Source: a virus (taxonomy: Duplodnaviria; Caudoviricetes). From it: DNA of 64,000 nucleotides. The stretch is taken from IMG/VR virus record IMGVR_UViG_3300049573_000219, positions 64,001 to 128,000 of that record; one strand, given 5' to 3'. Below are positions 55,255-64,000 of this stretch, piece after piece. Both the position numbers and the translations under genes were made by a program. Each line of letters opens with the position of its first letter. Position 1 is the stretch's first letter. Below the pieces are notes generated by a model. It saw only the letters and a program-made list of their open reading frames with translations. It was not told the origin of the DNA and searched no databases.

Positions 55255-58200
55255 GTGGCAACGGGCTTCGATGCTACGGCTCGCATCAACCTGGACATTC
55301 GCTCTTTTGCCCAGGGGGCTCAGGCTGTCACCAAGTCCGGCGGCGAAATGGAGAAGGTTTTCACCAACCTCAACTCCGTTCTCAGCAAAGTCGCACTCGT
55401 AGAAAGTGGACTTGCCGCAAAGCTCCGCACTTCTCTCACCGTCTACAACCAGATCACCACAGCCACGAAGAACTACGCTTCTGCGGTTCAGGCGCTTCAG
55501 AAGAATGAAGCCGCTGGGGCCAACGGCGCAAAGCTGATGACGCAGGCTTTCCAGCAGCTTCGATCGGCTCTTGCCTCGGTTCAGGGTCTGAGCGAAAAGG
55601 AATACCAGCGCCTGAACCGCACGGTGACGCTGTACCAGAAGCTGGCCGCCGTCATCAACACGCTGGCGAACGCCCAGAAGTCGATGTCGCAGATCACGCA
55701 GAATGCGATCACTGCACAGCAGAAGGAAGAACAGGCCAAGCAGAAGGCGATCGAGACGTCTCGCCGCCTGGCCCTCGAAGAGCAGAAGCTGGCCATCCAG
55801 CGGGAGAAGCTGGCGCAGTCCGCGCAGCGCATCGCCCAGCAGGAGCAGGCCCTGGCCAACGCGCGGGCCCGCACCGCCCAGGCGACCCAGAGTGCCCACC
55901 AGTCCACGGTCTCCTACTCGGGCTCCACGTTCGCCCTGCGCAACACCGTGGGCGAGCTGGAGGGCGCCTTCCAGTCGCTCTTCAACGTGCTCTCCAAGGT
56001 GCCCACGGCCATGGCCGCAGCCGCGATCTCCCAGGAGCAGGCGTTCGCACAGGTCGCCCGAGTGATCGGCGAGACGGAAGCCGCTTCCGTCGGCCTGCTG
56101 GAGAGCTTCCAGAAGATCGCGCAGAACGCGCCGATCTCCTTCGAGGAGGTCGCCCGTATCGGTCAGCTCGGTGCCGCGATCGGTATCTCCGAGCAGAACC
56201 TTGCCGGTTTCACCGACACCATCGTGAAGTTCTCGCTGACCACGGGTGTGGCCAGCGAGGAGGCCACGATCCTCCTCGGCCGTATCGCGCAGATGGAGGA
56301 GGTGCCGATCTCGTCCATGGAACAGCTCGGCTCCGCCATCCTGGCCCTGGGTACCGCGTCGGCTGCCACCGACCAGGAGATCCTGCGCGTCAACGCCTCC
56401 ATCGCCACGGTCTCCAACCTCTTCGGCCTCACAGCCCAGGAGACCGCCGGTCTGTCGGCGGCCCTGGCGACCCTCCAGGTGCGGCCCGAACTCTCCCGTG
56501 GTGCCCTCACCCGCGTCTTCAACGAGCTGGCCATAGCCGTCAGCAACGGTGGCACTGAGGTGGAAAAACTCGGCGAGGTCATGGGTATGACCGACACCGA
56601 GGTCACCAAGCTCTTCAACAACCCGGCCACGCGAGGCGACTTCCTGCTCGCCTTCATCGACGGCCTGAGCCGCGCGGCCGGAGCGGGTGGCGACGTCCAG
56701 GGTGTCCTGCGGGAACTCGGCGTCAACGCGGTCCGCGACATCGACGTCTTCTCGCGTCTGGCCAACAACGTGGACGTGGTCCGCGAGTCCTTCGACCGGG
56801 CCAACCTGGAGTTCGCCCGTGGCACCGAGCTGAACAAGCAGTCCAAGGGCATCTACGAGACCACGGCGGCGGAACTCCAGAACCTCTCCGACGCCTTCAA
56901 GACGCTGCTCGCCACGCTCGGCGGTCCGCTCGCCACGGCGATCGGCGACATCGCCTCGGGCCTGTCGGAAGTGATCGAGGGGATCGCCCACTTCGGCCCG
57001 ATCGTTCCCATCGTCGGCACCCTGGCCGCCATTGCCGTCACGGCCGCCGCTGGCTGGGCCATCTACCAGGTGGCCCTGGCCAAGACGATCCAGTCGCTGA
57101 TCGCCGTACGCGAACTCCAGGAGCGTCTGGGTGTCAGCACCCTGAAGGCGAGCACGGCCTGGAACATCTACCGGAACGGCTTCCAGGGCACCACGGCGGC
57201 GCAGGCTGCCACGGCCAACTCGCAGCGTCAGCTCACCGGCACCACCGAGGCTCTGACGGCTTCCCTGATCGCGTCCTCCAGGACCCTCCAGGCGTACTCC
57301 GCGACGGCCGCCACGTCGGCGCAGGGGATCAACGCCCTGAGCGTGGCCAGCGGCAACGCGGTGCGCGGGCAGGAAGCCCTGTTCGCCTCGACGTTCGCCA
57401 CGCAGAACGCGATGCGGCAGCTCAGCGCCCAGGCGACGGCCTCCGCGCTGGCCATGGCCAACGTCGCCAACGTGAATCGCAACCTGGCCCTCACGCAGAC
57501 GCAGATCGCCAACTCCTCCCGGGTCTTCGCCGGGCAGACGGCCATTGCCGCCGCTGCGGTCAACGGCCTGAACACCTCCACGGCGCGCACGGTTCCGGCA
57601 ACGAACCTGATGTCGGCCTCGATGCGCAACGCGGCAACCGCCGGAGCCCAGATGGGCGCGGGTATGAACGTCGCGGCCATCTCCAGCACGACTGCGGCGG
57701 GCGCCTTCACCCGGGCCACCACCGGCATCACGGCGGCCGGTCTGGCGGCGAGGACGGCCGCCTTCGCCTTCGGCCCGTGGGGTATCGCCATCGCGACGGC
57801 GGGCATCCTCCTCGGTCCGCTCATCGGCAAGATGTTCGACTTCCGTTCGGAGTCCGAGAAGATCGCCAGCGCGGCCTTCGAGGCAACCGGTGGCACCCAG
57901 GCCCTGGCCAACGCCATCAAGGCGGACACCGACGCCGCGATCAAGGCCGCTGGCGGCCTGAAGCAGTACAACGCGGCCGTCAGGGACGGCTCGCAGGCTT
58001 CCCTGGGCGCCATTGGTGTCTACCGCACGATCACCACCCAGAAGAGCGACCTGGCCGACCAGGACGTGCGCTCGGCCGAGGCGGCGCGCTCCGAGGCCCG
58101 TGAGCGCCTGCGGGCGATCGAGGCGACCAAGGGATCGAAGGAGGCTCTGGAGCAGCAGGCGAAGGGGCACGGAACGGGCGCTCAGGCGGCGCAGCGCTAC

Positions 58201-60477
58201 CTCCGCGAGATGGCCAAGGCGGAGGCGGTCATCGACCAGACGACCGACGCGCTCGGCGAGAACACGGTGGCGCTCGGCGAGAACACCCGGCAGTGGCTGC
58301 TGGATACCGCGCAGGCGGCGATCGAGACGTCGAAGCTGGCCGACGGCAGCGAGATCAGCCGGGACGCCCTGGAACAGCTTGGCCAGACGGGTGTGGACGT
58401 CGGTGAGCTGCTGGAGCTTTCGCTCTCGAATCCCGACAAGGCGCTCAAGCAGCTCGACGCGGCGCTGAAGGAAGTCGGGAAGACTGCCGACAACTACGCT
58501 CCGGCTGGCACGGGCAGCAAGCTGGCCGACCAGATCAACAGTGAGGCGGCTGCGGCGATCCGGCTGGAGAACTTCCTGGAGGCTCTGCGCACGACGATCT
58601 CCGCCGAGGACAGCGCGGCCACCAAGCTGGCGATCACCAAGGGCCTTCTGGCTGACGCCCTGGACGAGAGCGGCGAGTCCGCCAGTTCGGCCAGCGGCAA
58701 GATCAAGCTGACCAAGGCGGCCCTGGAGGATCTGGACACGACCGGCCAGGAAGCCCAGGAGGCGATCGACGGCCTTGCCACGACCTTCGAGAAGTTCGGC
58801 ACTCCGCTCGACGCCTTCAAGACGGCCGCCGAATCCGCCTTCGGCAAGGCTGAAGACGCGATCGAGAAGTTCTCCCTGAAGAGCAAGGGCGGACTCGATG
58901 CGTACATCAAGGAACTGGAGAAGATCGCCAAGGCGCAGCGCGAGTGGTCGGCCAACCTGATCAAGATCTCCGCAACCCTCGGTCCGGACATCGCGGAGCA
59001 GTTCCGCAAGCTCGGCCCGGAGGCCGCGCCCGCCGTCGCCGAGCTGGCCGACCTGTCGGCCAAGGAGCTGGAGAAGCTGGGCCCGCGCCTCGCGGAGATC
59101 GGCGGTGACGCCACAAGCAACCTCGCGGCGGCCATCATCCAGAACTCCGGAAAGATCGAGAACGCCACGCTCCAGGCCAGGACCGTCATCGCCGACGTCT
59201 TCGGCAACCTGATCGACAAGGCCAAGACGAGCGAGGACTTCGCCGACATCTCGAACCAGTACTCCGCGCTGGTCACCAAGCTCAGCCAGCTCAAGGGCGT
59301 GAAGATCGACATCTCGGCCGATGACGCGAAGGCGTTCAAGTCGCTCAACGACCTGAGCCTCTACATCGACCTCATCAGCAAGAAGAAGGTCAAGCCCGAG
59401 GTCGCCATCGACATCATCAAGGCGCAGGGCGACATCGCCAAGCTCCAGGAACTGCTGAAGAATGCGGACCTGAACAAGGAGGGCAAGGCGACCATCAACA
59501 CCCTGCTCTTCCAGGCGCAGCTCGCCCAGCTCACCACCTACGTGGACGGCCTGGAGGCCGAAGGCAAGCTGGACGCCAAGGGCAAGGGCGAGCTGAGCGA
59601 CGCCGAGTACCGGGCGAAGGTGCTCGCGATGACCGAGTTCCTGGCCTCCACGGAAGGGCAGGGGCTGCTCAACCCGAAGGGCAAGGCGCAGCTCGACGAC
59701 AAGGGGTACCGCGCCCAGATGCAGGCCCTCGCCAACCTGATCCTCGGCGAGGAAGCGGCGGGCAAGTTCGACGCCAACGGTGACGGAAAGCTCTCGACCG
59801 GGGAGTTCAAGGCCCTCCTCGAAGCCCTGAAGCGCGCCGTTGCCGACGCCAACCGGGGCAAGCTGAGCCCGAAGGGCACGGTCGTCCTCGCGGGCGTCAG
59901 CAACTTCAACCGTCAGCTCGGCGGTATCGTCCAGGCGGCCTGGCGCTCCGGCAGCTCCATCCAGCAGGCCCTCACTCGGTCGGCGACCGTCTCGGTCGGC
60001 TACTACTACTACGCGAAGAACTCACCCCCGAAGGTCGCCCAGGTGGCCACGGGTGGCTGGATCAACGGACCCGGCGGCCCGACGTCGGACTCGATTCCGG
60101 CCATGCTGTCGAACGGTGAGTTCGTGGTGAACGCCGCTGCGGCCCGCAGGTTCGGTGCCCTGCTGGAGGTCATCAACCGCTCTGGCGGCCGTGGCTTCTC
60201 CGGCGTGGTCAGCAGGCTGATGAACGACTTCGGCCCGACCGGCGCCAGCCAGGTGAAGCTGCGGCGCTCGGGTGCCTCGAACACCATGCTGGGCGGCAGC
60301 TCGGCCATCAACCAGATGCCGCCGGAGTCGGCCGCCGCCTTCTCCGCGACCCTCGCGGTGCAGCAGCAGGGACCGACGAACGTCTTCAACATCAACAACC
60401 AGTACCCGCAGGCAGAGCCCACGTCGACTACGATCAACCGGTCGCTGGCGTATGCGGCGACGATCAGCGGGGTGTGA
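55255..60477 (+). CDS. tape measure protein (1740 aa)
   Basis: Length, Ala-rich helical, TP901-like core, ATGGWINGPG..SDSIPAMLSNGEFVVNA. Confidence 0.95.
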   Translation: MATGFDATARINLDIRSFAQGAQAVTKSGGEMEKVFTNLNSVLSKVALVESGLAAKLRTSLTVYNQITTATKNYASAVQALQKNEAAGANGAKLMTQAFQQLRSALASVQGLSEKEYQRLNRTVTLYQKLAAVINTLANAQKSMSQITQNAITAQQKEEQAKQKAIETSRRLALEEQKLAIQREKLAQSAQRIAQQEQALANARARTAQATQSAHQSTVSYSGSTFALRNTVGELEGAFQSLFNVLSKVPTAMAAAAISQEQAFAQVARVIGETEAASVGLLESFQKIAQNAPISFEEVARIGQLGAAIGISEQNLAGFTDTIVKFSLTTGVASEEATILLGRIAQMEEVPISSMEQLGSAILALGTASAATDQEILRVNASIATVSNLFGLTAQETAGLSAALATLQVRPELSRGALTRVFNELAIAVSNGGTEVEKLGEVMGMTDTEVTKLFNNPATRGDFLLAFIDGLSRAAGAGGDVQGVLRELGVNAVRDIDVFSRLANNVDVVRESFDRANLEFARGTELNKQSKGIYETTAAELQNLSDAFKTLLATLGGPLATAIGDIASGLSEVIEGIAHFGPIVPIVGTLAAIAVTAAAGWAIYQVALAKTIQSLIAVRELQERLGVSTLKASTAWNIYRNGFQGTTAAQAATANSQRQLTGTTEALTASLIASSRTLQAYSATAATSAQGINALSVASGNAVRGQEALFASTFATQNAMRQLSAQATASALAMANVANVNRNLALTQTQIANSSRVFAGQTAIAAAAVNGLNTSTARTVPATNLMSASMRNAATAGAQMGAGMNVAAISSTTAAGAFTRATTGITAAGLAARTAAFAFGPWGIAIATAGILLGPLIGKMFDFRSESEKIASAAFEATGGTQALANAIKADTDAAIKAAGGLKQYNAAVRDGSQASLGAIGVYRTITTQKSDLADQDVRSAEAARSEARERLRAIEATKGSKEALEQQAKGHGTGAQAAQRYLREMAKAEAVIDQTTDALGENTVALGENTRQWLLDTAQAAIETSKLADGSEISRDALEQLGQTGVDVGELLELSLSNPDKALKQLDAALKEVGKTADNYAPAGTGSKLADQINSEAAAAIRLENFLEALRTTISAEDSAATKLAITKGLLADALDESGESASSASGKIKLTKAALEDLDTTGQEAQEAIDGLATTFEKFGTPLDAFKTAAESAFGKAEDAIEKFSLKSKGGLDAYIKELEKIAKAQREWSANLIKISATLGPDIAEQFRKLGPEAAPAVAELADLSAKELEKLGPRLAEIGGDATSNLAAAIIQNSGKIENATLQARTVIADVFGNLIDKAKTSEDFADISNQYSALVTKLSQLKGVKIDISADDAKAFKSLNDLSLYIDLISKKKVKPEVAIDIIKAQGDIAKLQELLKNADLNKEGKATINTLLFQAQLAQLTTYVDGLEAEGKLDAKGKGELSDAEYRAKVLAMTEFLASTEGQGLLNPKGKAQLDDKGYRAQMQALANLILGEEAAGKFDANGDGKLSTGEFKALLEALKRAVADANRGKLSPKGTVVLAGVSNFNRQLGGIVQAAWRSGSSIQQALTRSATVSVGYYYYAKNSPPKVAQVATGGWINGPGGPTSDSIPAMLSNGEFVVNAAAARRFGALLEVINRSGGRGFSGVVSRLMNDFGPTGASQVKLRRSGASNTMLGGSSAINQMPPESAAAFSATLAVQQQGPTNVFNINNQYPQAEPTSTTINRSLAYAATISGV

Positions 60478-60480
60478 TTC

Positions 60481-61323
60481 ATGGCGACGGCATACAAGAT
60501 CAACGGGTTCACGATCGGCGGCAACGCCGTGAACGCGGGTATCTACCTCCTGGAGGGCACCGAGTACGCCCCAGCCTTGGCGCCGCGCCGCGCGGTCATC
60601 GAGATCCCCGGCGTCCACTACGCGATCCCGCAGTGGAATGACCCGCTGTCGCAGATCACGGTGTCCTTGAGGGTCAGAGTGGTGGACGGCGACGCGGAGT
60701 CGCTGGCGTCCCGCTGGAACACCCTGATGGGCCTGCTCGGGATGGGCACCAACCAGCCCATCACGCTCACGCGGGTGCGCGGCACGATCGAGGAGACGGC
60801 GGACGCCCAGCTCGTTTCGATGAACACCCCGGACTTCTCCTGCCCCGGCAGCAGGGCCGACGCGACGCTCATCTTCAGCATCCCCGGGGGCGCCTGGCGC
60901 GGGGCTGAGACCACCGTCACCTTCTTCAACAGCGCCTCGAACACCTTGGCCAACGCGCTCGCCTCGACGGTTCCGATCGCCGACGCCCTCCTGCTGCTGA
61001 AGGGTCCGGCCACTTCCCTGACGGTCACCGACAACACCTCAACGACCACGATCTTCTGGGGGGACGGGTCCTCCTCGGTCAGCGCGGCGCAGTGGCTGCT
61101 GATCGATCCCCGCTACATGCGGGCCCGGCTCCAGTCCTCGGAAACATGGAGTTTCACCACGGGAACCAACGTGACCGGCGCCCTGGAATTCCGTGGAAAC
61201 GGCCCCCTGACTTTCACGTCTCGTGGCTCCGGTGCTTTCGGGAACAGGACCGGCACATTTACCGTTACAACTGCCGGAGGGAACAACGGAGTGCAGGTTC
61301 GATCACGGTATGCGGTGGTGTAG
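60481..61323 (+). CDS. minor tail protein (distal tail-like)
   Basis: Directly follows the tape measure gene. Confidence 0.78.
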   Translation: MATAYKINGFTIGGNAVNAGIYLLEGTEYAPALAPRRAVIEIPGVHYAIPQWNDPLSQITVSLRVRVVDGDAESLASRWNTLMGLLGMGTNQPITLTRVRGTIEETADAQLVSMNTPDFSCPGSRADATLIFSIPGGAWRGAETTVTFFNSASNTLANALASTVPIADALLLLKGPATSLTVTDNTSTTTIFWGDGSSSVSAAQWLLIDPRYMRARLQSSETWSFTTGTNVTGALEFRGNGPLTFTSRGSGAFGNRTGTFTVTTAGGNNGVQVRSRYAVV

Positions 61324-61326
61324 CAC

Positions 61327-64000
61327 ATGGCCCTGGTGAATACCCTGGTCGTCCGGTTCCGGGCATACGAGGCGAACGGGTCGCCGATCGGAGTCCTGCC
61401 GCATCCGCTCTCCTGGGAAGCGGGCATCCCGCTGAACGACATGCCGTCGCTCACGATGACCTACCCGGACGGCTCCGACGCGGCCAACCTCCTGAAGACG
61501 CCCTGCGAAGTCGCGCTTGAGCTGCGGGATCCGGTCACGGGCACCTTCACCGAGCACCCCGGGTGCCGGTTCATGAACATCCGCCGGTCCTTCGACCTGG
61601 CGGCCCGCCCCCGCATTCTCTCCTTCACGATGCCGTCGTACGGCTGGCAGCTCAAGAAGGTCCGCTGGATGGACCCCGACCTGCCGCGCCTGAACAAGGA
61701 CGGACAGGTCGCCTACAAGACGGCCGTCTCGCCAGCTCTGCCGATCAAGGAGATCATCGACTACGCCAAGAACCGGGGCAACATCCCGGGTCTGACCTAC
61801 TCCTTCACCGGAAGCGTGGACTCGGCGGGGACCGCGTGGGGTGTCACGATGAAGGGCAACTTCGACTACGGGCAGGATGCCTGGTCGATGATCGACGCCC
61901 TCTCCCGTCAGGGGTTCTTCGACTGGCGGATGAACGGCCGGGCCCTTCAGCTCTACAAGGCCGACACGACTCTGCGCAGGCAGCTCGACTCGGACACGGG
62001 CGTGCACATCCACAGCATGCTCGGAACCACCGAGGAGCCGGTCGAACGCACATGGGAAGACCTCGCCGGGTTCATCGTCGCGATCGGTGACCAGCAGCTC
62101 ATCTCCGGCATGGTCGAGGCGCCGGACTCGGTCGACTACCCGTGGGGCAAGTGGGACGAGGCGATCTCCGCATCCGGCGTGACGGACGTGCAGACGCTTG
62201 CACAGATCACCGACAATCTGCTGCTCACGAAGTACAAAAGCCGCACCCAGTACACGAAGAAGTTCGTGTGGACCGAGGGCGCCCCGGTGCCCCTGGTGGA
62301 CTACCGGCCGGGCGACTTCATCCGGGCCATGAGCGATGCGACGACAGGCGCCCAGAAGGCGTCCATGCGCGTCTACCAGGTCACGCTCTCCGGCACCGAT
62401 CCGTACGGCGTGAACATCTCTCTCACGCTGAACGACCGCTTCACGGACCGCGCACTTCAGACGGAGCGGTGGGTTGCCCGCGTCTCGGGCGGCGGCGGCT
62501 CGGTCGGAGGGGGAGGCACGGGCGCGGGCACCAAGCCCCAGAAGCCCGCACCGATCGACTCCACGCCGCCGAAGGCGCCCATCCTGAACACGGTCGTCAA
62601 CGAGCCGTACTTCTCCGAACTGGGTGACCCGGTCTCGATGGCCGATGTCGCATTCCAGGTGGTGACCCAGGACGTCGAGAACCGGACGATCGAGATCCTG
62701 CGGTACAACGTTGCGGCCCGCCGCTCGGACTTCAACTGGCAGCAGGCGTTCACCGTTCAGGTGACCCAGCCCGACTCGCCTTCAACCGGTCAGGTCATTC
62801 ACGCGAAGGTGCCACTGCTGGACTCGGGTTACAGCTACGAGTTCCGCGTTCAGGCGATCCGTGATTCCGGCTACGCATCCGCCTGGTCGAATGCCATCGT
62901 GCAGACGATGGGATACCCGACAACGGCTCCGGAAATCCCCTCTGCTCCGATCCTCTCCTCGAAGCTCAGCACGGTGAAGGCGGAGTGGGACGGGCTGGAC
63001 GAGGTCGGCAACGGCTACCCGCCTGAGTTCCGCGAGATCCAGGTCGAGGTCTCTGTGGACAACTCGAACTGGTACCACGCGGGAGAGATCTTCTCCCCCG
63101 GCGCCTCGATCATCATGAGCGGCAAGGGTGGCATCCCAACGTGGAACGTCGGGGACACGGTCTACGTGCGCTACAAGGCGATGAACAGCGCCTCGGTCAT
63201 CTCGCCCGCTTCGGCCGTTTCATCGATCGTTGTTCTCGGTGTCGTCGGTCCTGACATCGCGGCCAACACCATCACGGCGAACAACATCGCCGCAGGAACG
63301 ATCACCGCCGAGGAGATCAAGGCGCACAGCCTTTCGGTGGAGACGCTTTCCGTCGGCGATCCCAACAACCTGGTGATCGACCCGACTTTCTCCTCGGCCG
63401 AGCTGAACACGGCGCGCATCACGCAGGCTAACGACTCCTCGGCTTCCGGCGTCCTGTGGTCCATCACGTCCGCTGGCGCCGTGCGCATCGACAACAACAC
63501 GACCGCCAACTCGTTCAACCGGTTCGGCCTGACCAACAACACCCTGGTCAACTACCCTCTCCAGACCTTCCCGGGTCCTGGCCTGTCCAGCAACGAGCTG
63601 GCCATCCCCTACACGCTGCCTGCCAACGCCTCGGGTGGCAGTGGCGCCATCAGGGCGCGCTTCGTGGTGACCGCGACCGGCATCCCGGCGAGCCCCGGCG
63701 CAGCGACGATCAACATCGCGATGCTGGCCCGCCAGTTCCAGCGCAGCGGTGCAGGTATCGGCTCATCGGGAACAGTCATCGCCGATTTCAGCATCACGGC
63801 GAATGGCACCTACACGGTTCAGTCCGTCAATGGGTGGACGCCAGCCGCTGGCACGGTCAGCTACATCCCCTACATCTACGTGAAGTTCGAGAACGGGGTT
63901 TCCGCAGATGTCGCCCTGGAGGTCACGCAGATCGAGGTGTGGCAGGAATCCTCGGTGTTCATCGGGAACGGTTTGATCAAGGCGCCCTTGATCGATGCGA
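61327..64000 (+). CDS. large minor tail/hub protein with FN3-like domains (runs off window end)
   Basis: MALVNTLVVRF...; YEFRVQA..SAWSN; ITANNIAAGTITAEEI repeat. Confidence 0.82.
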   Translation, partial: MALVNTLVVRFRAYEANGSPIGVLPHPLSWEAGIPLNDMPSLTMTYPDGSDAANLLKTPCEVALELRDPVTGTFTEHPGCRFMNIRRSFDLAARPRILSFTMPSYGWQLKKVRWMDPDLPRLNKDGQVAYKTAVSPALPIKEIIDYAKNRGNIPGLTYSFTGSVDSAGTAWGVTMKGNFDYGQDAWSMIDALSRQGFFDWRMNGRALQLYKADTTLRRQLDSDTGVHIHSMLGTTEEPVERTWEDLAGFIVAIGDQQLISGMVEAPDSVDYPWGKWDEAISASGVTDVQTLAQITDNLLLTKYKSRTQYTKKFVWTEGAPVPLVDYRPGDFIRAMSDATTGAQKASMRVYQVTLSGTDPYGVNISLTLNDRFTDRALQTERWVARVSGGGGSVGGGGTGAGTKPQKPAPIDSTPPKAPILNTVVNEPYFSELGDPVSMADVAFQVVTQDVENRTIEILRYNVAARRSDFNWQQAFTVQVTQPDSPSTGQVIHAKVPLLDSGYSYEFRVQAIRDSGYASAWSNAIVQTMGYPTTAPEIPSAPILSSKLSTVKAEWDGLDEVGNGYPPEFREIQVEVSVDNSNWYHAGEIFSPGASIIMSGKGGIPTWNVGDTVYVRYKAMNSASVISPASAVSSIVVLGVVGPDIAANTITANNIAAGTITAEEIKAHSLSVETLSVGDPNNLVIDPTFSSAELNTARITQANDSSASGVLWSITSAGAVRIDNNTTANSFNRFGLTNNTLVNYPLQTFPGPGLSSNELAIPYTLPANASGGSGAIRARFVVTATGIPASPGAATINIAMLARQFQRSGAGIGSSGTVIADFSITANGTYTVQSVNGWTPAAGTVSYIPYIYVKFENGVSADVALEVTQIEVWQESSVFIGNGLIKAPLIDA

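Noticed and set aside
54595-58170. 1191-aa minus-strand ORF
   Set aside because: Shadow of the tape measure gene

Overview
The window is part of a large, high-GC actinobacteriophage genome, most likely a Streptomyces siphovirus; host and cluster are inferred from composition and gene content only. (1) 1-22.95 kb: about 50 small leftward genes resembling an early/host-takeover arm, including two ArdA-like acidic proteins. They are separated by conserved hairpin families, a repeated extended Shine-Dalgarno motif and a palindromic operator-like box. (2) 22.95-25.7 kb: a non-coding block with a hairpin-rich ~1.1 kb segment, a TGACCTGC motif array and strand-skewed repeats, possibly the genome end or terminal repeat. 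(3) 25.7-34 kb: accessory genes (ThyX, two methyltransferases, a protealysin-like M4 protease, a PnuC-like protein, a probable small terminase). (4) 34-41.6 kb: large terminase with a class 3 intein, portal, protease/scaffold, decoration and major capsid genes. (5) 41.7-49.3 kb: a leftward island that interrupts the structural region. (6) 49.4-64 kb: head-tail and tail genes with two embedded glycosyltransferases, a candidate +1 chaperone frameshift, a 1740-aa tape measure and minor tail genes. The strongest system-level signals are a probable virion O-glycosylation system (two glycosyltransferases plus a C-terminal Gly-Ser on four virion proteins) and a repeated RNA-structure/operator pattern in the early arm. 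I saw no CRISPR array, tRNA, rRNA or integrase. Many start codons were reassigned from the ORF track using SD position and gene overlaps.
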